Source: Candidatus Latescibacterota bacterium
Lineage (GTDB): Bacteria > Latescibacterota > UBA2968 > UBA8231
Assembly (NCBI GenBank): GCA_965248265.1
Contig: CBDFJF010000001.1
Coordinates: forward strand, 160,001-224,000
Reading direction: 5' to 3'
Length of the DNA stretch: 64,000 bases
Of the stretch, positions 11,336 to 22,113 are shown one piece after another. Both the position numbers and the translations under genes were made by a program. How positions within the stretch are numbered: position 1 is the stretch's first letter; every line of letters begins with the position of its first letter. The notes under the pieces were generated by a model. That model did not search any database. It was not told where the DNA came from and was given only the letters and a program-made list of their open reading frames with translations.

Positions 11336-13270
11336 ATGACGCCATCAGCGAACGCTTGCACCCTTCGAGGCCTCATCGTCGGCACCCTCGGGTGCCTGGT
11401 AGTGGGTGGGGGTTTCCAGTACACCGACCTGGTGCTCCACGTCACCGCGTTCGCCACCTGGTTCTACACCCTCGGCGCCAACATCATGCTTTTCATGATG
11501 GCGCTGCTGGTGAATCCGCTCCTGGGTTTGGTACGGCGCAGCTGGATGTTCACGCCGGCGGAGCTGGCGCAGATGTTCGTCATGTGGACGGTCGGCTCAG
11601 CCGTGGCCACGACTGGGTTCATATCCTATTTCCTACCCGAAATCACGACGCTCGCGTACTACGCCGGCCCCGAGAACAACTGGGCCGAGGTCCTGCTGCC
11701 CTTCGTACCGGACTGGATCATCCCGACCAAGGAAGGCGAGCTGTTGAAGGATTTCTACGAGGGCAGAAGCGACGGAGCCATCCCGTGGGCTCTGTGGCTG
11801 CCGGCGCTCCTTCACTGGGCGCCCTTCGTGCTGAGTCTGTACGTCGCCATGATCGCCATCGTCGTCATCCTGCGCAAGCAGTGGATCGACCACGAACGGC
11901 TCGTTTTCCCGATGATGCAGCTGCCGATGGCGATGATTGAGGATGACGACAGCGCGCGGCCGTCGTTGATCAAACCCCTGTTCCGGAACTGGCTGTTCTG
12001 GTTGGGCTTCGCCCTGCCCTTCATCATCGGCATCAACAACGGCCTGGGCCGGTACTTTCCCATCGATCCGATCCATGTCGGTGGCACCTACTTCTATTTC
12101 TTTCGCGAAGCCGTGGGGCTGCGCATGGGCATCAGTTTCATGATGGTCGGCTTTGCCTACTTCATCCGCCGCGACGTGACCCTGGGCCTGTGCTTCTTCT
12201 ATCTCCTGTATGTCATCTACGAGATTATCACGACCCTGCAGGGAGGCGGTGAGCACGATCCCATGCTGAGCTCGTGGTCGCGGGGCGCCTCAACCTTCGC
12301 CTACCAGGGTCTGGGAGCCTTCGCCGCCCTGGTCGGCGTCGGCCTGTGGAACAGCCGCGCCCATCTCGCTCGCTTCGTCCGCCACGCCGTCAGTCGAGGC
12401 AAGAGCTCAAAAGAGGGTGATGGTGTTGATGACATAACCGAGATCATGTCCTATCGCACGGCCCTGATCGCCGCCGTCGGCAGCCTGGCCTTCATCTGCT
12501 TCTGGATGTGGCGCGCCGGCCTGCCGGCCTGGATCGTCCCACTCTTCGTGCTGATCGCCTTCATCCTCTACCTGGGCATCACCCGCATCATCGCCGAGAG
12601 CGGCATTCCCTGGTTCGTGACCCCCATCATCGCCGCCGATGCCGTCGTCGGCGGTGTCGGCACGCGCGCCCTGGAAACGGACGGCATCATTGCCCTCAGC
12701 TTCACCTACCCCTGGGCCTCCGACATGATCATCCTGGTGATGGCCTCGGTCGCCAACGGCCTCAAGGTGGTCGAGGAGACCATACGCCGGCGGCGCCGGT
12801 TGATTTTCTGGAGTATGGTGATCGCGATCGCCGTGAGCCTGTGCTCCGCCGCCGGCCTGACCCTGGACGTAGCCTACGAGCACGGGGGCTTGAACACTTC
12901 ACACTACTTCCGGGGTCAGACCCTCTACCCGTGGGAGGATGCGGCCACCCGGTTGGAGACCATGACCGAGCCGGGATGGTCGTACTGGAGTCACGCCGGC
13001 CTCGGCGCCGTGTTCATGGGGCTGCTGATGCTGGCCCGCCACCGCTTCGTCTGGTGGCCGTTCAATCCCATCGGCTTCCCCATCAGCGTGGCCGCCGACA
13101 AGATGTTCATCAGCGTCCTGCTCGCCTGGGCGATCAAGAGCGCCGCCATCGGTTATGGCGGCCCCCGCCTCTACCGCAGGCTGCGCCCGTTTTTCCTGGG
13201 CCTCATCATGGGCGAGTGGATGCCGCGGGGCGTGATGGCGCTGTACGAGTTCGTGCGTTTGAGCCAGTGA
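11336..13270 (+). CDS. Multi-pass membrane protein, DUF6785/DUF6784-like putative transporter
   Basis: Many TM segments; ILRKQWIDHERLVFPMMQLP, WWPFNPIGF, YGGPRLYRRLRPFFLGLIMGE. Confidence 0.75.
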   Translation: MTPSANACTLRGLIVGTLGCLVVGGGFQYTDLVLHVTAFATWFYTLGANIMLFMMALLVNPLLGLVRRSWMFTPAELAQMFVMWTVGSAVATTGFISYFLPEITTLAYYAGPENNWAEVLLPFVPDWIIPTKEGELLKDFYEGRSDGAIPWALWLPALLHWAPFVLSLYVAMIAIVVILRKQWIDHERLVFPMMQLPMAMIEDDDSARPSLIKPLFRNWLFWLGFALPFIIGINNGLGRYFPIDPIHVGGTYFYFFREAVGLRMGISFMMVGFAYFIRRDVTLGLCFFYLLYVIYEIITTLQGGGEHDPMLSSWSRGASTFAYQGLGAFAALVGVGLWNSRAHLARFVRHAVSRGKSSKEGDGVDDITEIMSYRTALIAAVGSLAFICFWMWRAGLPAWIVPLFVLIAFILYLGITRIIAESGIPWFVTPIIAADAVVGGVGTRALETDGIIALSFTYPWASDMIILVMASVANGLKVVEETIRRRRRLIFWSMVIAIAVSLCSAAGLTLDVAYEHGGLNTSHYFRGQTLYPWEDAATRLETMTEPGWSYWSHAGLGAVFMGLLMLARHRFVWWPFNPIGFPISVAADKMFISVLLAWAIKSAAIGYGGPRLYRRLRPFFLGLIMGEWMPRGVMALYEFVRLSQ

Positions 13271-13576
13271 TTGCCCGCCGATCCGCCTCCGGTCGGCAGA
13301 CGGTCGCACTCGCGAAGCCGACTCCATTCCCTGCCTCACTCCCATGTATACGAGGAAGAGGGTGAGATAGTCGGATGGTCGCATGTTCGACCTTCCTGGC
13401 CTGAAGGCGTATGGATCCTCGTCTGGAATTGCATCCTTAGGCTTGCCATCCAAATACGTCGTCAGAGACGCTCCCCTCGCGGCGAGTTGGATCCCATACT
13501 CCCGATGTGATTGTTTGACGGCTTTCGAAGCTACTCCCACTTTGGCGTGGCGATTCTGGACAATAGGAGCAGCCCA

Positions 13577-15211
13577 ATGGACGAGAAGAGGAGAGCCGCG
13601 CGCTGGCGCAAGCGTCGCATCATTTACAACAATGATGGAAACGACGTGAGAGAGGCGTGGACGGGAGTAGAACATCGCCATGACGTCGAGGAGAAGCTGT
13701 TCGCGCGCAGCGGGGCTGAGCTGATCGATGACTTTCTCAATGCCCGCAGCACGGCGCTGGTTGGGACCCAAGTGGACAGTATCTGGTATTGCAGTTGCAT
13801 GGCCGGCGTCACGTTCTCGCACCACACGAAACTAGGTGGGTTCTATGGAGAAGGAGTTCCGCAAGAGCTCGTGGAAAAGTATGGACGCGACAACCTGCAG
13901 ATTCAAACAGATTTCTGTCACGAGAATGACATAGAGGTATTCTGGTCATTGCGCATGAACGACGCAGCCGATTCGTTTCCCAAGGGTTCTCGCAGATGGA
14001 CATTCGCTTTGGATCACTTCAAGCGGGAACATCCCGAATATGTGATGGGCGAACCGGAGGAGTGGGTTGAGGGGCCGGCACACAATAAATACTGGTCGTA
14101 TCTCGACTTCAGTTATCAACAGGTTCGGGAGCACATATTCTCGTTGATCCAGGAGGTAGCCCAGAACTACGACGTGGATGGGATAGAGATGGATTTCTTC
14201 AAGAGATTCCCCTATTTCCGCGAGACGGTAGACTGGCTTCCGGTAGAGGAGCAACACCTGGACATGATGACAGACCTGGTGCGGCGATTGAGGAAGATGG
14301 CAGACGAAACAGGACAGCAAAGAGGGCGTCCCGTGCTGCTGGCGGCACGTGCACCCTTCAATCTTTCCGATGCACGTTTCATTGGGTTGGATCTGGAAAA
14401 ATGGCTGCAAGAGGATCTCATCGACATTCTGATCCCAGGCGGTCACTACGAGTCGGAAATGACCGAGTCCTTCAAGGAGATCGTGAACCTCGGGCACAAA
14501 TACGATGTACCGGTGTATCCCTGTATCGACTGGTGTTTCTGGGATCACTGGGCTTTTCTCGATCTGGGAGCGGAAGAGCACCGCAGATTTGAGTCGTGGT
14601 TGAGCACCCTGTACGGCGGACAGCCTGACCGTGGGGGGAAGCCGTCTTATGCGGTGACGCTCAATTCGTGGGAAGGAACCATGGCGGCATGGCGTGCTGC
14701 AGCGACGAACCTGTTCAACGCCGGTGCAGACGGCATCTACACCTTCAACGCCTTTTTGGCCAAGCACGACCTGTGGCGAGAGATCGGAGATCCGGCAGCT
14801 ATGGCTGGTAAGGACAAGATATTCGGCGTGGACCGATTCGCCGGTGACTCCAGCTTCGAAGACGTGTGCGAACTGGAGCTCGAGCAAGGAGAGCCCGTCA
14901 GCGTGCACTTTCAGGTAGGTGAGGATGTGGAGTCTGGCAATGCCGCCGAGTTGCGATTTCGTCTCCACCTCTGGGAGTTCACAAGCAATGATGACATAGA
15001 CGTAGAACTCAACAATGAACCTCTCGATGACCTCAAGCCAGCCGGCCGGCAGATACACTCGGCGGGGCAGTGGCTGGAATGCCAGCTGAGACCCTCTCAG
15101 GTCAACAGGGGCAAGAACAGGGTTGAGATAGTTACGAGGAAACGGGATGAATCCATGCAGACTCCCCTCGTCCTGGACGCGGTGCAGCTACATGTTCACC
15201 ACAAGGGATAG
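13577..15211 (+). CDS. Family 10 glycoside hydrolase-like (DUF187/GHL10) protein
   Basis: RRIIYNNDG, WSLRMND, LDFSYQQVRE, NYDVDGIEMDF, GADGIYTFN; AGGAG RBS before ATG 13577. Confidence 0.75.
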   Translation: MDEKRRAARWRKRRIIYNNDGNDVREAWTGVEHRHDVEEKLFARSGAELIDDFLNARSTALVGTQVDSIWYCSCMAGVTFSHHTKLGGFYGEGVPQELVEKYGRDNLQIQTDFCHENDIEVFWSLRMNDAADSFPKGSRRWTFALDHFKREHPEYVMGEPEEWVEGPAHNKYWSYLDFSYQQVREHIFSLIQEVAQNYDVDGIEMDFFKRFPYFRETVDWLPVEEQHLDMMTDLVRRLRKMADETGQQRGRPVLLAARAPFNLSDARFIGLDLEKWLQEDLIDILIPGGHYESEMTESFKEIVNLGHKYDVPVYPCIDWCFWDHWAFLDLGAEEHRRFESWLSTLYGGQPDRGGKPSYAVTLNSWEGTMAAWRAAATNLFNAGADGIYTFNAFLAKHDLWREIGDPAAMAGKDKIFGVDRFAGDSSFEDVCELELEQGEPVSVHFQVGEDVESGNAAELRFRLHLWEFTSNDDIDVELNNEPLDDLKPAGRQIHSAGQWLECQLRPSQVNRGKNRVEIVTRKRDESMQTPLVLDAVQLHVHHKG

Positions 15212-15254
15212 ACGAGAGGCCTGGGGCTTCGCATACTGGGTGACCGTCAGATAA

Positions 15255-15465
15255 TGAGTGCGATGGCGGTACCGGCTGTCCAGACGACTCCCGATTCAGA
15301 AGCCAGACCTCGGGCTCGGTGAGGGCAGCCACGATTTCATGAGCCAGCCACAACTGGGGCATTGGGTGACGTCGATGTCGAACACGCGTGCGAGCAGCTT
15401 AGCCCAGGGTAGACGGTGGGCACACGGCTGGTTGGTCGAGCTATCGCCGGCACGCCCTTGGCTGG
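15255..15465 (-). pseudogene. IS91-family transposase C-terminal remnant
   Basis: Minus strand RLPWAKLLARVFDIDVTQCPSCG, then (frameshifted) IVAALTEPEV; matches the WAxLLxRVFxIDxxxCPxCG tail. Confidence 0.6.
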
Positions 15466-15468
15466 CCC

Positions 15469-15612
15469 TTATTTGACCAGTATGAGCTTCCTGGTCTGAA
15501 CTAGCGACCCGGATCGCAGGCGGTATAAGTAGACGCCGCTGGCCAGCCCTTCAGCGTTCCAGGTGTAGCTGTGACGGCCAGCCGCCAGCTCTTCCGACAC
15601 GAGCGTGGTCTG
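15469..15612 (-). pseudogene. Orphan T9SS/FlgD-like C-terminal sorting domain fragment
   Basis: TLVSEELAAGRHSYTWNAEGLASGVYLYRLRSGSLVQTRKLILVK*. Confidence 0.65.
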
Positions 15613-15677
15613 TCGGAGCGGGAGCAGAGCCTGTTCCGTCACTTCAAGCCCTACGTAGAGGGCATGTCGTAGGCCTA

Positions 15678-16833
15678 GTGCTCTGTTAAAGAGTGGGCAT
15701 TGAGTTTTGGACTTTGGCCAGCTTGGCGTTGTCGGTGTTCTTGTTTCGCCACCTCAGGTACTCCTGCATGCGCTGGCCGACTTCTCGATGATCGTTGGGA
15801 TCGCTGTTTTTAATGACGAAATAATGGGCTGCGGTGAGGTGACATTCGAGCCGATTCATCCATGACGCGTTGGTGGCGGTGAAGACCGGCGAGACCCGGT
15901 TTCGTCGGCACCACTGCAAGATCGGCGGTGTCTTGTGCGTCGACAGATTATCCATGACGACATAGATCCGCTTCGCCGTGCGATAGCGGAGCCGAATGGC
16001 CTTGAGGAAATCGAGTACGACCGACGCGTGTTTCTTGGGTTTGTGATGCATCCACAGGATGTCCTCATGGACGTTATAGGCTCCAAAGAAATAGCTGACG
16101 CCGCCGTGGCGGCTATAGGTTGCCCGATGCCGGACCGGGCGCTTGTGTGGGGCCCAGGAAGCACCGGCATGCGGCTTGATCTGGACTGGTCCCAGTTCGT
16201 CGAAACAGACTACGACCGTGTCTTTCGGCGCCCGCTTGTAGAGTCGGTTGATGCGTTTTTTTTAGAGACAAACTCCGGGTCCTTTGATTCTTTCCAAGTG
16301 CGCGTGCGTTGATAGGTAACCTTATGTTGATCCAAGATTTTTCCGATGGTCACATGCGAAACCTCGGGAATCATCTGCCGTCCCACCAGGCAGTCAGTCA
16401 GCTTGCGCAACGACCACTGGTTGAACGGCTGGCCGAACGCGCGAGGAGGCATCGTGGCAATTTCCACCACCACGGATTCGTCTTCCGGCGTCAACTTCGA
16501 AGGACGCCCCGGACGTGCCCGAGTGCGCAAAACCGTCAATCCCCCTTCGTTGTACTGGCGGATCAACTGGCGAACGTACTCCTCATGCAGATGCAGTGTA
16601 TCCGAGATCTCCTGGACGCGCATGCCCTGGGCGCTGAACGAGATCAACTGCCCACGGCGCATCTGCACGGCGTTGCGAGGCCGTTTCAGCCACCGTCCCA
16701 GTTCCTTAGACTCCGCCGCGTTCGGCGAACGAGCATGGAGACACATAGCATCACCCTCCTGAAGGATTCACCATATGTATCCATGATACCACGACTTACG
16801 ACAAAGTACAAGCTCGATTTCTTAACAGAGCAC
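15678..16833 (-). mobile_element. IS630-family insertion sequence, intact, 1156 bp
   Basis: TIR GTGCTCTGTTAA at both ends; TA duplication within a CTAG target. Confidence 0.93.
15686..16746 (-). CDS. IS630 transposase (two ORFs joined by a probable -1 frameshift)
   Basis: HTH part (RPGRP, WSLRKL) and DDE part (VVMDNLSTHK, ASWMNRLE); A8C slippery run at about 16255-16263. Confidence 0.88.
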
Positions 16834-16901
16834 TAGGCAGGCAAAATTGCCCCCGGAAGGAATGCCACCTGTCGTATCCGGGAGCGATCAGCTGACCAAA
16901 C

Positions 16902-17030
16902 GATCACTGCTTTTCGGCAATCAATTCTCTGACCTTGTCGTGATCCACACCGAAATGGGCCAGCAATTGGGCCGATATCGCCTCCTGGTCGCTGAGCAGG
17001 GCGAGCAAGACCCGACAGCTCACCATTGTT
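16902..17030 (-). pseudogene. Clp N-terminal repeat domain fragment
   Basis: VLLALLSDQEAISAQLLAHFGVDHDKVRELIAEKQ*. Confidence 0.45.
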
Positions 17031-17881
17031 CACTTCGGCTCGCAAAAACAACTGACGTTCCGTCACCAAATGCCGATTAAGGGAGGAGGAGGCCGCGTGC
17101 CCACGAGAAAGCGCTGGTAAGCGCTTAGGCGGCCATCATCCTCCAACACGGTACAGCCTATAGGAACTGCGAACGATACCTGGAGACTATCGATGGACTC
17201 CGGGATCTGGACCATCGGACCAGATGGCCCCCGAGACAGAATCTGAGACAGCTCGGGTTCACGGACGTTTCTACAGGAGTAGCGCATGTACCGGTGCAAG
17301 TCCATCGCCCCCACGGCGATGTCCCTCAACGAAAAACGCCTCATCCGTCCGACTCTCCGCACTGGCCAACTCCAGCATCACCTCAGCGAGTTGGCTCTCT
17401 CGTCTTGCCTTCACGACATGAAACGACGGAAACACCGTGAGTTGTCGCTCAACACCAAAGCGATGCTGATGTTGATCCTGTTGATCGGGGAACACCCCCC
17501 TGAGCCTGCCGAGGGCGAAGTACTAGTGGCGGAGGCCTCGTAAGGACAGCCGCGGATGGGCTTCAGCCCAGTGATGGGCAATCCGTAGCGCTCCCAACTG
17601 AGTAATGCCGGGCGGGAATCAGTCAAACCTGTGATGGCTCGCCGGGCGTCACCGTGATATTCCGATGGTCGTCCGAAGTGAAGCTACAGATACGACGCGT
17701 CAATGGGGCCTACAGCTGCCTTGCACTCTTCCGCCTAAAGAGATAGATAGTTAAGATCGGTTTGCGGCTTGGTGTCGAAACGAAAACTTGAGGTTTTTTT
17801 TGAGGGGCGGGATTGGTATATGGGGCTTGCCGGATCAAGCGGTGCTGCGAATCGGATGGAGGCCCTCGGCGGCTGAGAGCC

Positions 17882-19438
17882 ATGCTGACACTGAGACAAT
17901 CCATGGAATTGGCCGGGACGAATCTGCTCAACTCCCTGTCAGCCGACGAAGACCGTCTGCCCCTGTGGTCGGTCACCATCGACCCCGACATGCGGGCCCG
18001 ACCTAGCCTGCGCTGGCCGGAGCACAACGTCGGCAGATGGTGGGACGCCATGCTGCGGTTGGAAGCAGCCGCGGGATTCGCGCCACCCGCCCACACGGAA
18101 GCGGCCATGTTGCGGCACCTGGGAAGCTGCCTGGACAATCCACTGGCAGTCTGCGCCTCCATGGACACGACGGCGAGCTGCTTTGACGACCACTCGCAAC
18201 GGGAGGTCCTGTTGGCCCTGGCAGCCCTGGTGCGCTGGCGCGACAACGACTGGGCCGCACAGGCGGGCCACCGCATGGTCCTTGCGCTCGACCGCTTCAT
18301 TCAGGATGACGGCTCCTGGGATCGCGTGCTGATGAACGAGACGGCCGCCAAGGGAGGAAGACACGTCGACGCCCCACCCGCCGACCCCAAGGCCGACAGG
18401 TCAAAACCGGGAATCGAGCTGACGGGCTCCCACGGGCGCATGATCGAGGCGCTGCTGGAGCTCTACACCGCCACCGGAGACACGGCCGCCATGCTCCTGG
18501 CCTCGCGTCTGGCCGAGTTCCACCTCGAAGCATCCACGCGCCCCGACGGCACGGTCCCCGAATACAGCGGTTACGTCCATACCCACTCACTGTTCGGGAC
18601 CTATCGCGGACTGCTGATGTACGGCCAGTTGACTCGCCAGCGGCAGTACATCGACCGGGTCGCTGAGACGTACGCCTGTACCGTTCGAACGAAGGTCTTC
18701 CGCTCCGGGTTCATCTCCCACGACTGGGGCAGCGAGCAGAGGGGCGAAACGACCTCACCGGGCGACGCGGCCCAGCTGGCCCTGTGGCTGGCGCAACTCG
18801 GTTACGGGGAGTTCTTCGATGACGCCGAGCGCATCGTCCGCGCCCGCATCCTGCCGTCGCAGATTACCTCGCCGTTGGGGCTGCAACCGGCGGACGACGA
18901 CGATGGCCCCCCGGAAGATCTCGACGCGCTGACGGTGGGCGCCTTCGGCGGCATGCACACCCATCCGCACGGCGGCATCCTGCCGACGACGGACATCACC
19001 GCAGCCGATTTGCACACCCTCTGTGACATCTACACCCATGTCGTCGAAGAGACAGAGGCCGGACTGGTCGTCAACTTCCACTTGGACTACGAGGACGACC
19101 TGGTATGCGTTGAGACGACCCGCGGGGACAGTGGAAGGCTCACTGTCCAACCGAAGATCGCCAGGCCGGTCCTCATCCGCATCCCCGGTTGGGCGCCGCC
19201 TGGATCCGTCGAGCTCGAGGTCGACGGCAAGCGCGAGGCCACGTCATGGATTGGTCATTCGCTGCTTGTATCAGCACAGAACCCACCGGCGCAGATCGAG
19301 GCGTGTTACGAGTTGCCAGTAAAGAAGACGGTAGAGCACATCGATGGCGACGACTACCATCTCACCTGGCGCGGCGACGACGTCGTCGGACTCGTGCCGA
19401 ACACGGACTTCCTTCCTTTTTATCCCACCCCGGACTAG
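17882..19438 (+). CDS. Six-hairpin glycosidase-like protein (GH127-like architecture)
   Basis: Helical N-domain with HTHS and GETT, followed by a VLIRIPGWA beta-sandwich. Confidence 0.6.
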   Translation: MLTLRQSMELAGTNLLNSLSADEDRLPLWSVTIDPDMRARPSLRWPEHNVGRWWDAMLRLEAAAGFAPPAHTEAAMLRHLGSCLDNPLAVCASMDTTASCFDDHSQREVLLALAALVRWRDNDWAAQAGHRMVLALDRFIQDDGSWDRVLMNETAAKGGRHVDAPPADPKADRSKPGIELTGSHGRMIEALLELYTATGDTAAMLLASRLAEFHLEASTRPDGTVPEYSGYVHTHSLFGTYRGLLMYGQLTRQRQYIDRVAETYACTVRTKVFRSGFISHDWGSEQRGETTSPGDAAQLALWLAQLGYGEFFDDAERIVRARILPSQITSPLGLQPADDDDGPPEDLDALTVGAFGGMHTHPHGGILPTTDITAADLHTLCDIYTHVVEETEAGLVVNFHLDYEDDLVCVETTRGDSGRLTVQPKIARPVLIRIPGWAPPGSVELEVDGKREATSWIGHSLLVSAQNPPAQIEACYELPVKKTVEHIDGDDYHLTWRGDDVVGLVPNTDFLPFYPTPD

Positions 19439-19700
19439 CCGTCGAGTATAGGACCGATAAGGACCCGTCCGTGCCCGGCTTCGGACTGCGCCCTTTACGC
19501 AATCGCATTCGCGGTTCGTGTCAGCCAACTCCCGAGGTCTTGGTTATGTTAGGCGTCGTCGTCGCCGCGGCTCACGCGGTGTTTTTGCATATCAACAAAG
19601 GACGCTGAGCGAGCGTGCGTGCGACTTTCTGTCGCGGGACTTTCCAACCGATAGCCATCCGTCATCTCTCGGCGACTGCCAACTGAACAGGAGGTTTATC

Positions 19701-20582
19701 ATGATTTACGGTGAAGGGGACTATCGCTACGATGAGATCAAAGACTGGGCGCAGCTGCCCGAAGGCTGGGTATTCGCGCAGGTATCGGACACGGCAGTTG
19801 ACTCGAAGGGCAGGATATACGCCTTTACGCGTGGCAAACACCCGATCGTAGTCTTCGACAAGGACGGGAACTTCGTCACCTCTTGGGGCTACGGGGATTT
19901 CGGGATCTCGCCCAATCTCGTCAGCCAGTCCCACGGTATTTTCATCACACCCGACGACAAGGTCTACCTCACCGACTCCCTCCAGCATATCGTTCGTCGC
20001 TACGATCGGCTCGGCGAACTGGAGCGCGAGTGGGGTACCCGAGGCGTGCCCGGGGCGAGCTTCCATCGCCGCGAGTACAACATGCCCACCGGTGTCGCCT
20101 TCGCGCCCGACGGCCAGCACTTCTACGTCTCCGATGGCTACGGCAGCCGCTGCGTGCACAAATACGACAGCAACGGGGAGCACATCCACGTGTGGGGTGA
20201 AGGCGGCAGCGGGCCAGGGCAGTTCGCCCTGGTACACAACATCGGCTGCACGCGCGACGGGCGCGTCCTCGTCTGCGACCGCGAGAACAACCGCATCCAG
20301 GTGTTCGACCCCGACGGCGTTTTCATCGAGCAGTGGACCGATGTCATGATGCCGGGCGATGTGGCCATCACGTCTGACAACACCGTCTACGTCGCCGAGC
20401 AAGGCGGCGGCGGACGTATCAGTGTCTGGTCGGCCAACGGAGAGCTCATCTGCCGCTTTGAGGACAAGGCCGCCGTCCAGTCGCCTCACGGCCTCTGTGT
20501 TGACAATGACGACAACATCTACGTTGCCGAAATCGGCATGGAGGGCCAGGGGCAAAGGCTACAGAAGTTCGCGAGGGTGTGA
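19701..20582 (+). CDS. NHL-repeat protein, peptidyl-alpha-hydroxyglycine alpha-amidating lyase family
   Basis: WAQLPEGW, YVSDGYG, GPGQFALVH, VCDRENNRIQVFD; GGAGG RBS. Confidence 0.85.
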   Translation: MIYGEGDYRYDEIKDWAQLPEGWVFAQVSDTAVDSKGRIYAFTRGKHPIVVFDKDGNFVTSWGYGDFGISPNLVSQSHGIFITPDDKVYLTDSLQHIVRRYDRLGELEREWGTRGVPGASFHRREYNMPTGVAFAPDGQHFYVSDGYGSRCVHKYDSNGEHIHVWGEGGSGPGQFALVHNIGCTRDGRVLVCDRENNRIQVFDPDGVFIEQWTDVMMPGDVAITSDNTVYVAEQGGGGRISVWSANGELICRFEDKAAVQSPHGLCVDNDDNIYVAEIGMEGQGQRLQKFARV

Positions 20583-20687
20583 AGACCGGTAGACTGAAAT
20601 TCGCGGTGGGAGAGGTCTCCAGAATGAGCTGAGAGACACCGCATTTGCGCGATTCAATCACTAGGTTAGGTGACTGAGAGGCACTCG

Positions 20688-21138
20688 TGGAATAAAAAGG
20701 CAACCCGTATCCGCCAATCTATTTTGCCGTTTCGCTTGCTCTGATGGTCACGTTGCACTATCTCGCTCCAATCCATCAACTGCTTCCAATGCCTTTCAAA
20801 TATGCCGGGGTACCGCTTGTACTTGGCGGCATTTGCGTTACTGCGGTCGCGGCTAGGGCATTTACGAGGGTTGGAACACCCGTAGTTCCTTTTGAGAAAT
20901 CAACCGTAGTTGTAACAAATGGGTTGTTCCGGTTTAGCCGCAATCCAATGTATCTGGGTATGGTCATGGCACTCGTTGGCGTAGCAATGCTTCTTCGTAG
21001 TGCGGCTGCGTTCGGTCCAATTCCTATTTTCGCGTGGCTAGTCTATCACCAATTCATTCATCCTGAGGAACAGTTTCTAGAGGAGCTTTTGGTGAGGAAT
21101 ATTCGGCGTATAAGCGTAAAGTACGGCGATGGGTATGA
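20688..21138 (+). pseudogene. Isoprenylcysteine/phospholipid methyltransferase family protein, disrupted
   Basis: FSRNPMYLG and EE motifs; in-frame TAA just after the likely GTG start; adding one T at about 21090 restores ELFGEEYSAYKRKVRRWV*. Confidence 0.7.
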
Positions 21139-21189
21139 GTTGTGCAGCTACCAGGGCATCGAGCGGATGCAGCAACTCTCTCTGCGCGC

Positions 21190-21431
21190 CATCCGACGCT
21201 TGGCGTCAGGGACAGCTGCCGACTCGGAAACCACGACGCGTAGAGATTCGGCAAGCTGAACTGGCCAAGAACGCCTCCCGGTACCTGAACCGAAGTGGTT
21301 TCCGAGAACCCTCCTCCGGTTGTGTGCGAAAGTCCAAACTGCGTGCCCATCTCGAGGCCCGAGGCACGGTGGAAGCCTCCGTGGCCCAGCAAGACTGCCA
21401 TCACCACAGCAGCGATCGAAGTAAACTTCAC
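21190..21431 (-). pseudogene. N-terminal fragment of a secreted/outer-membrane protein
   Basis: AGGAGG RBS, GTG start, signal peptide, then beta strands; truncated against the convergent methyltransferase. Confidence 0.45.
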
Positions 21432-21512
21432 GGTCTTCCTCCTTTGCAAAAATTGCAATAGCGTCCTGACCTACTTGTCGAGCTTGCTCTTGGGTAGGCA
21501 CGCGGGTTTCAA

Positions 21513-21670
21513 GGGTAGATATGTCACTACTCTCTCTTTCTTCTTTCTCTATCTCTCTCTGACATTTCTACCCCTCAAAAGGGATGTGAGGTGATTTGGA
21601 GAATAGAGTTGTCACCATGGTTATTCCTCTTTCTTTGTCTCATTCTCTCTAACATTTCTACCCTTCAAAT
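21513..21670. repeat. Block R1: four alternating GGGTAGA(A/G/T)wTGTyA iterons in a pyrimidine-rich tract (copy in element C)
   Basis: Close match to 38452-38609. Confidence 0.85.
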
Positions 21671-21711
21671 AGCGCACGAGGAGGAAGGCACGTTCGCCTA
21701 CTATCCCCGTA

Positions 21712-21824
21712 GTCGATCAAGTGTTCTCTGAGGCCATCAGACGGCCCAGAATCGTCGATCGGTACGTAGGTGGCGTACGGGTACCCGTGGACAGTATAGA
21801 GCGTCAGAACGGCCGTGAGAACGC
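21712..21824. repeat. Block R2 conserved non-coding sequence (copy in element C)
   Basis: GTCGATCAA.TGTTCT.TGAGGCCA...TCGTCGATCGGTA.GTAGGTGGCGTA...GGTACCCG...TATAGAGCGTCAGAACG matches 38652-38764. Confidence 0.85.
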
Positions 21825-21874
21825 AGTACACCGGGACGCAATCATCTCCGTCCTATACTCGATTTGCGATTCAG

Positions 21875-21973
21875 GCACATAGACACACCAAGACGGAGGT
21901 TTCAGGAAAGTCTGTATATAGAGCTGTATAGAGAAAGTTTGCCGAAACCTGTGTCGGGGTGTGTCGTGTCAGT
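21875..21973. repeat. Block R3 (diverged): GACAC/GTGTC inverted iterons around an AT-rich core
   Basis: GACACACC..AGGTTTC...TATATAGAG...GAAACCT GTGTCGGGGTGTGTC. Confidence 0.6.
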
Positions 21974-22113
21974 GGCTAAGCGCCGTGATGGTTCGTGAAA
22001 GTAAGGGCTGATCGTTCAGATTGCAGTCGAGGAAGCTGGCGCTGTTCAGTGCCTGAAACTTGCCGCCGCCATGCAGAAGACAATTTCGATTCTGAATCAG
22101 GCATATGTCGGCT

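Noticed and set aside
13340-13560. Possible LamG-like fragment on the minus strand (LTTYLDGK)
   Set aside because: Too short to support a call.
17080-17700. Possible toxin or transposase remnant
   Set aside because: Only short ambiguous peptides (e.g. LVLSDNSRCF) in several frames; cannot be assigned.
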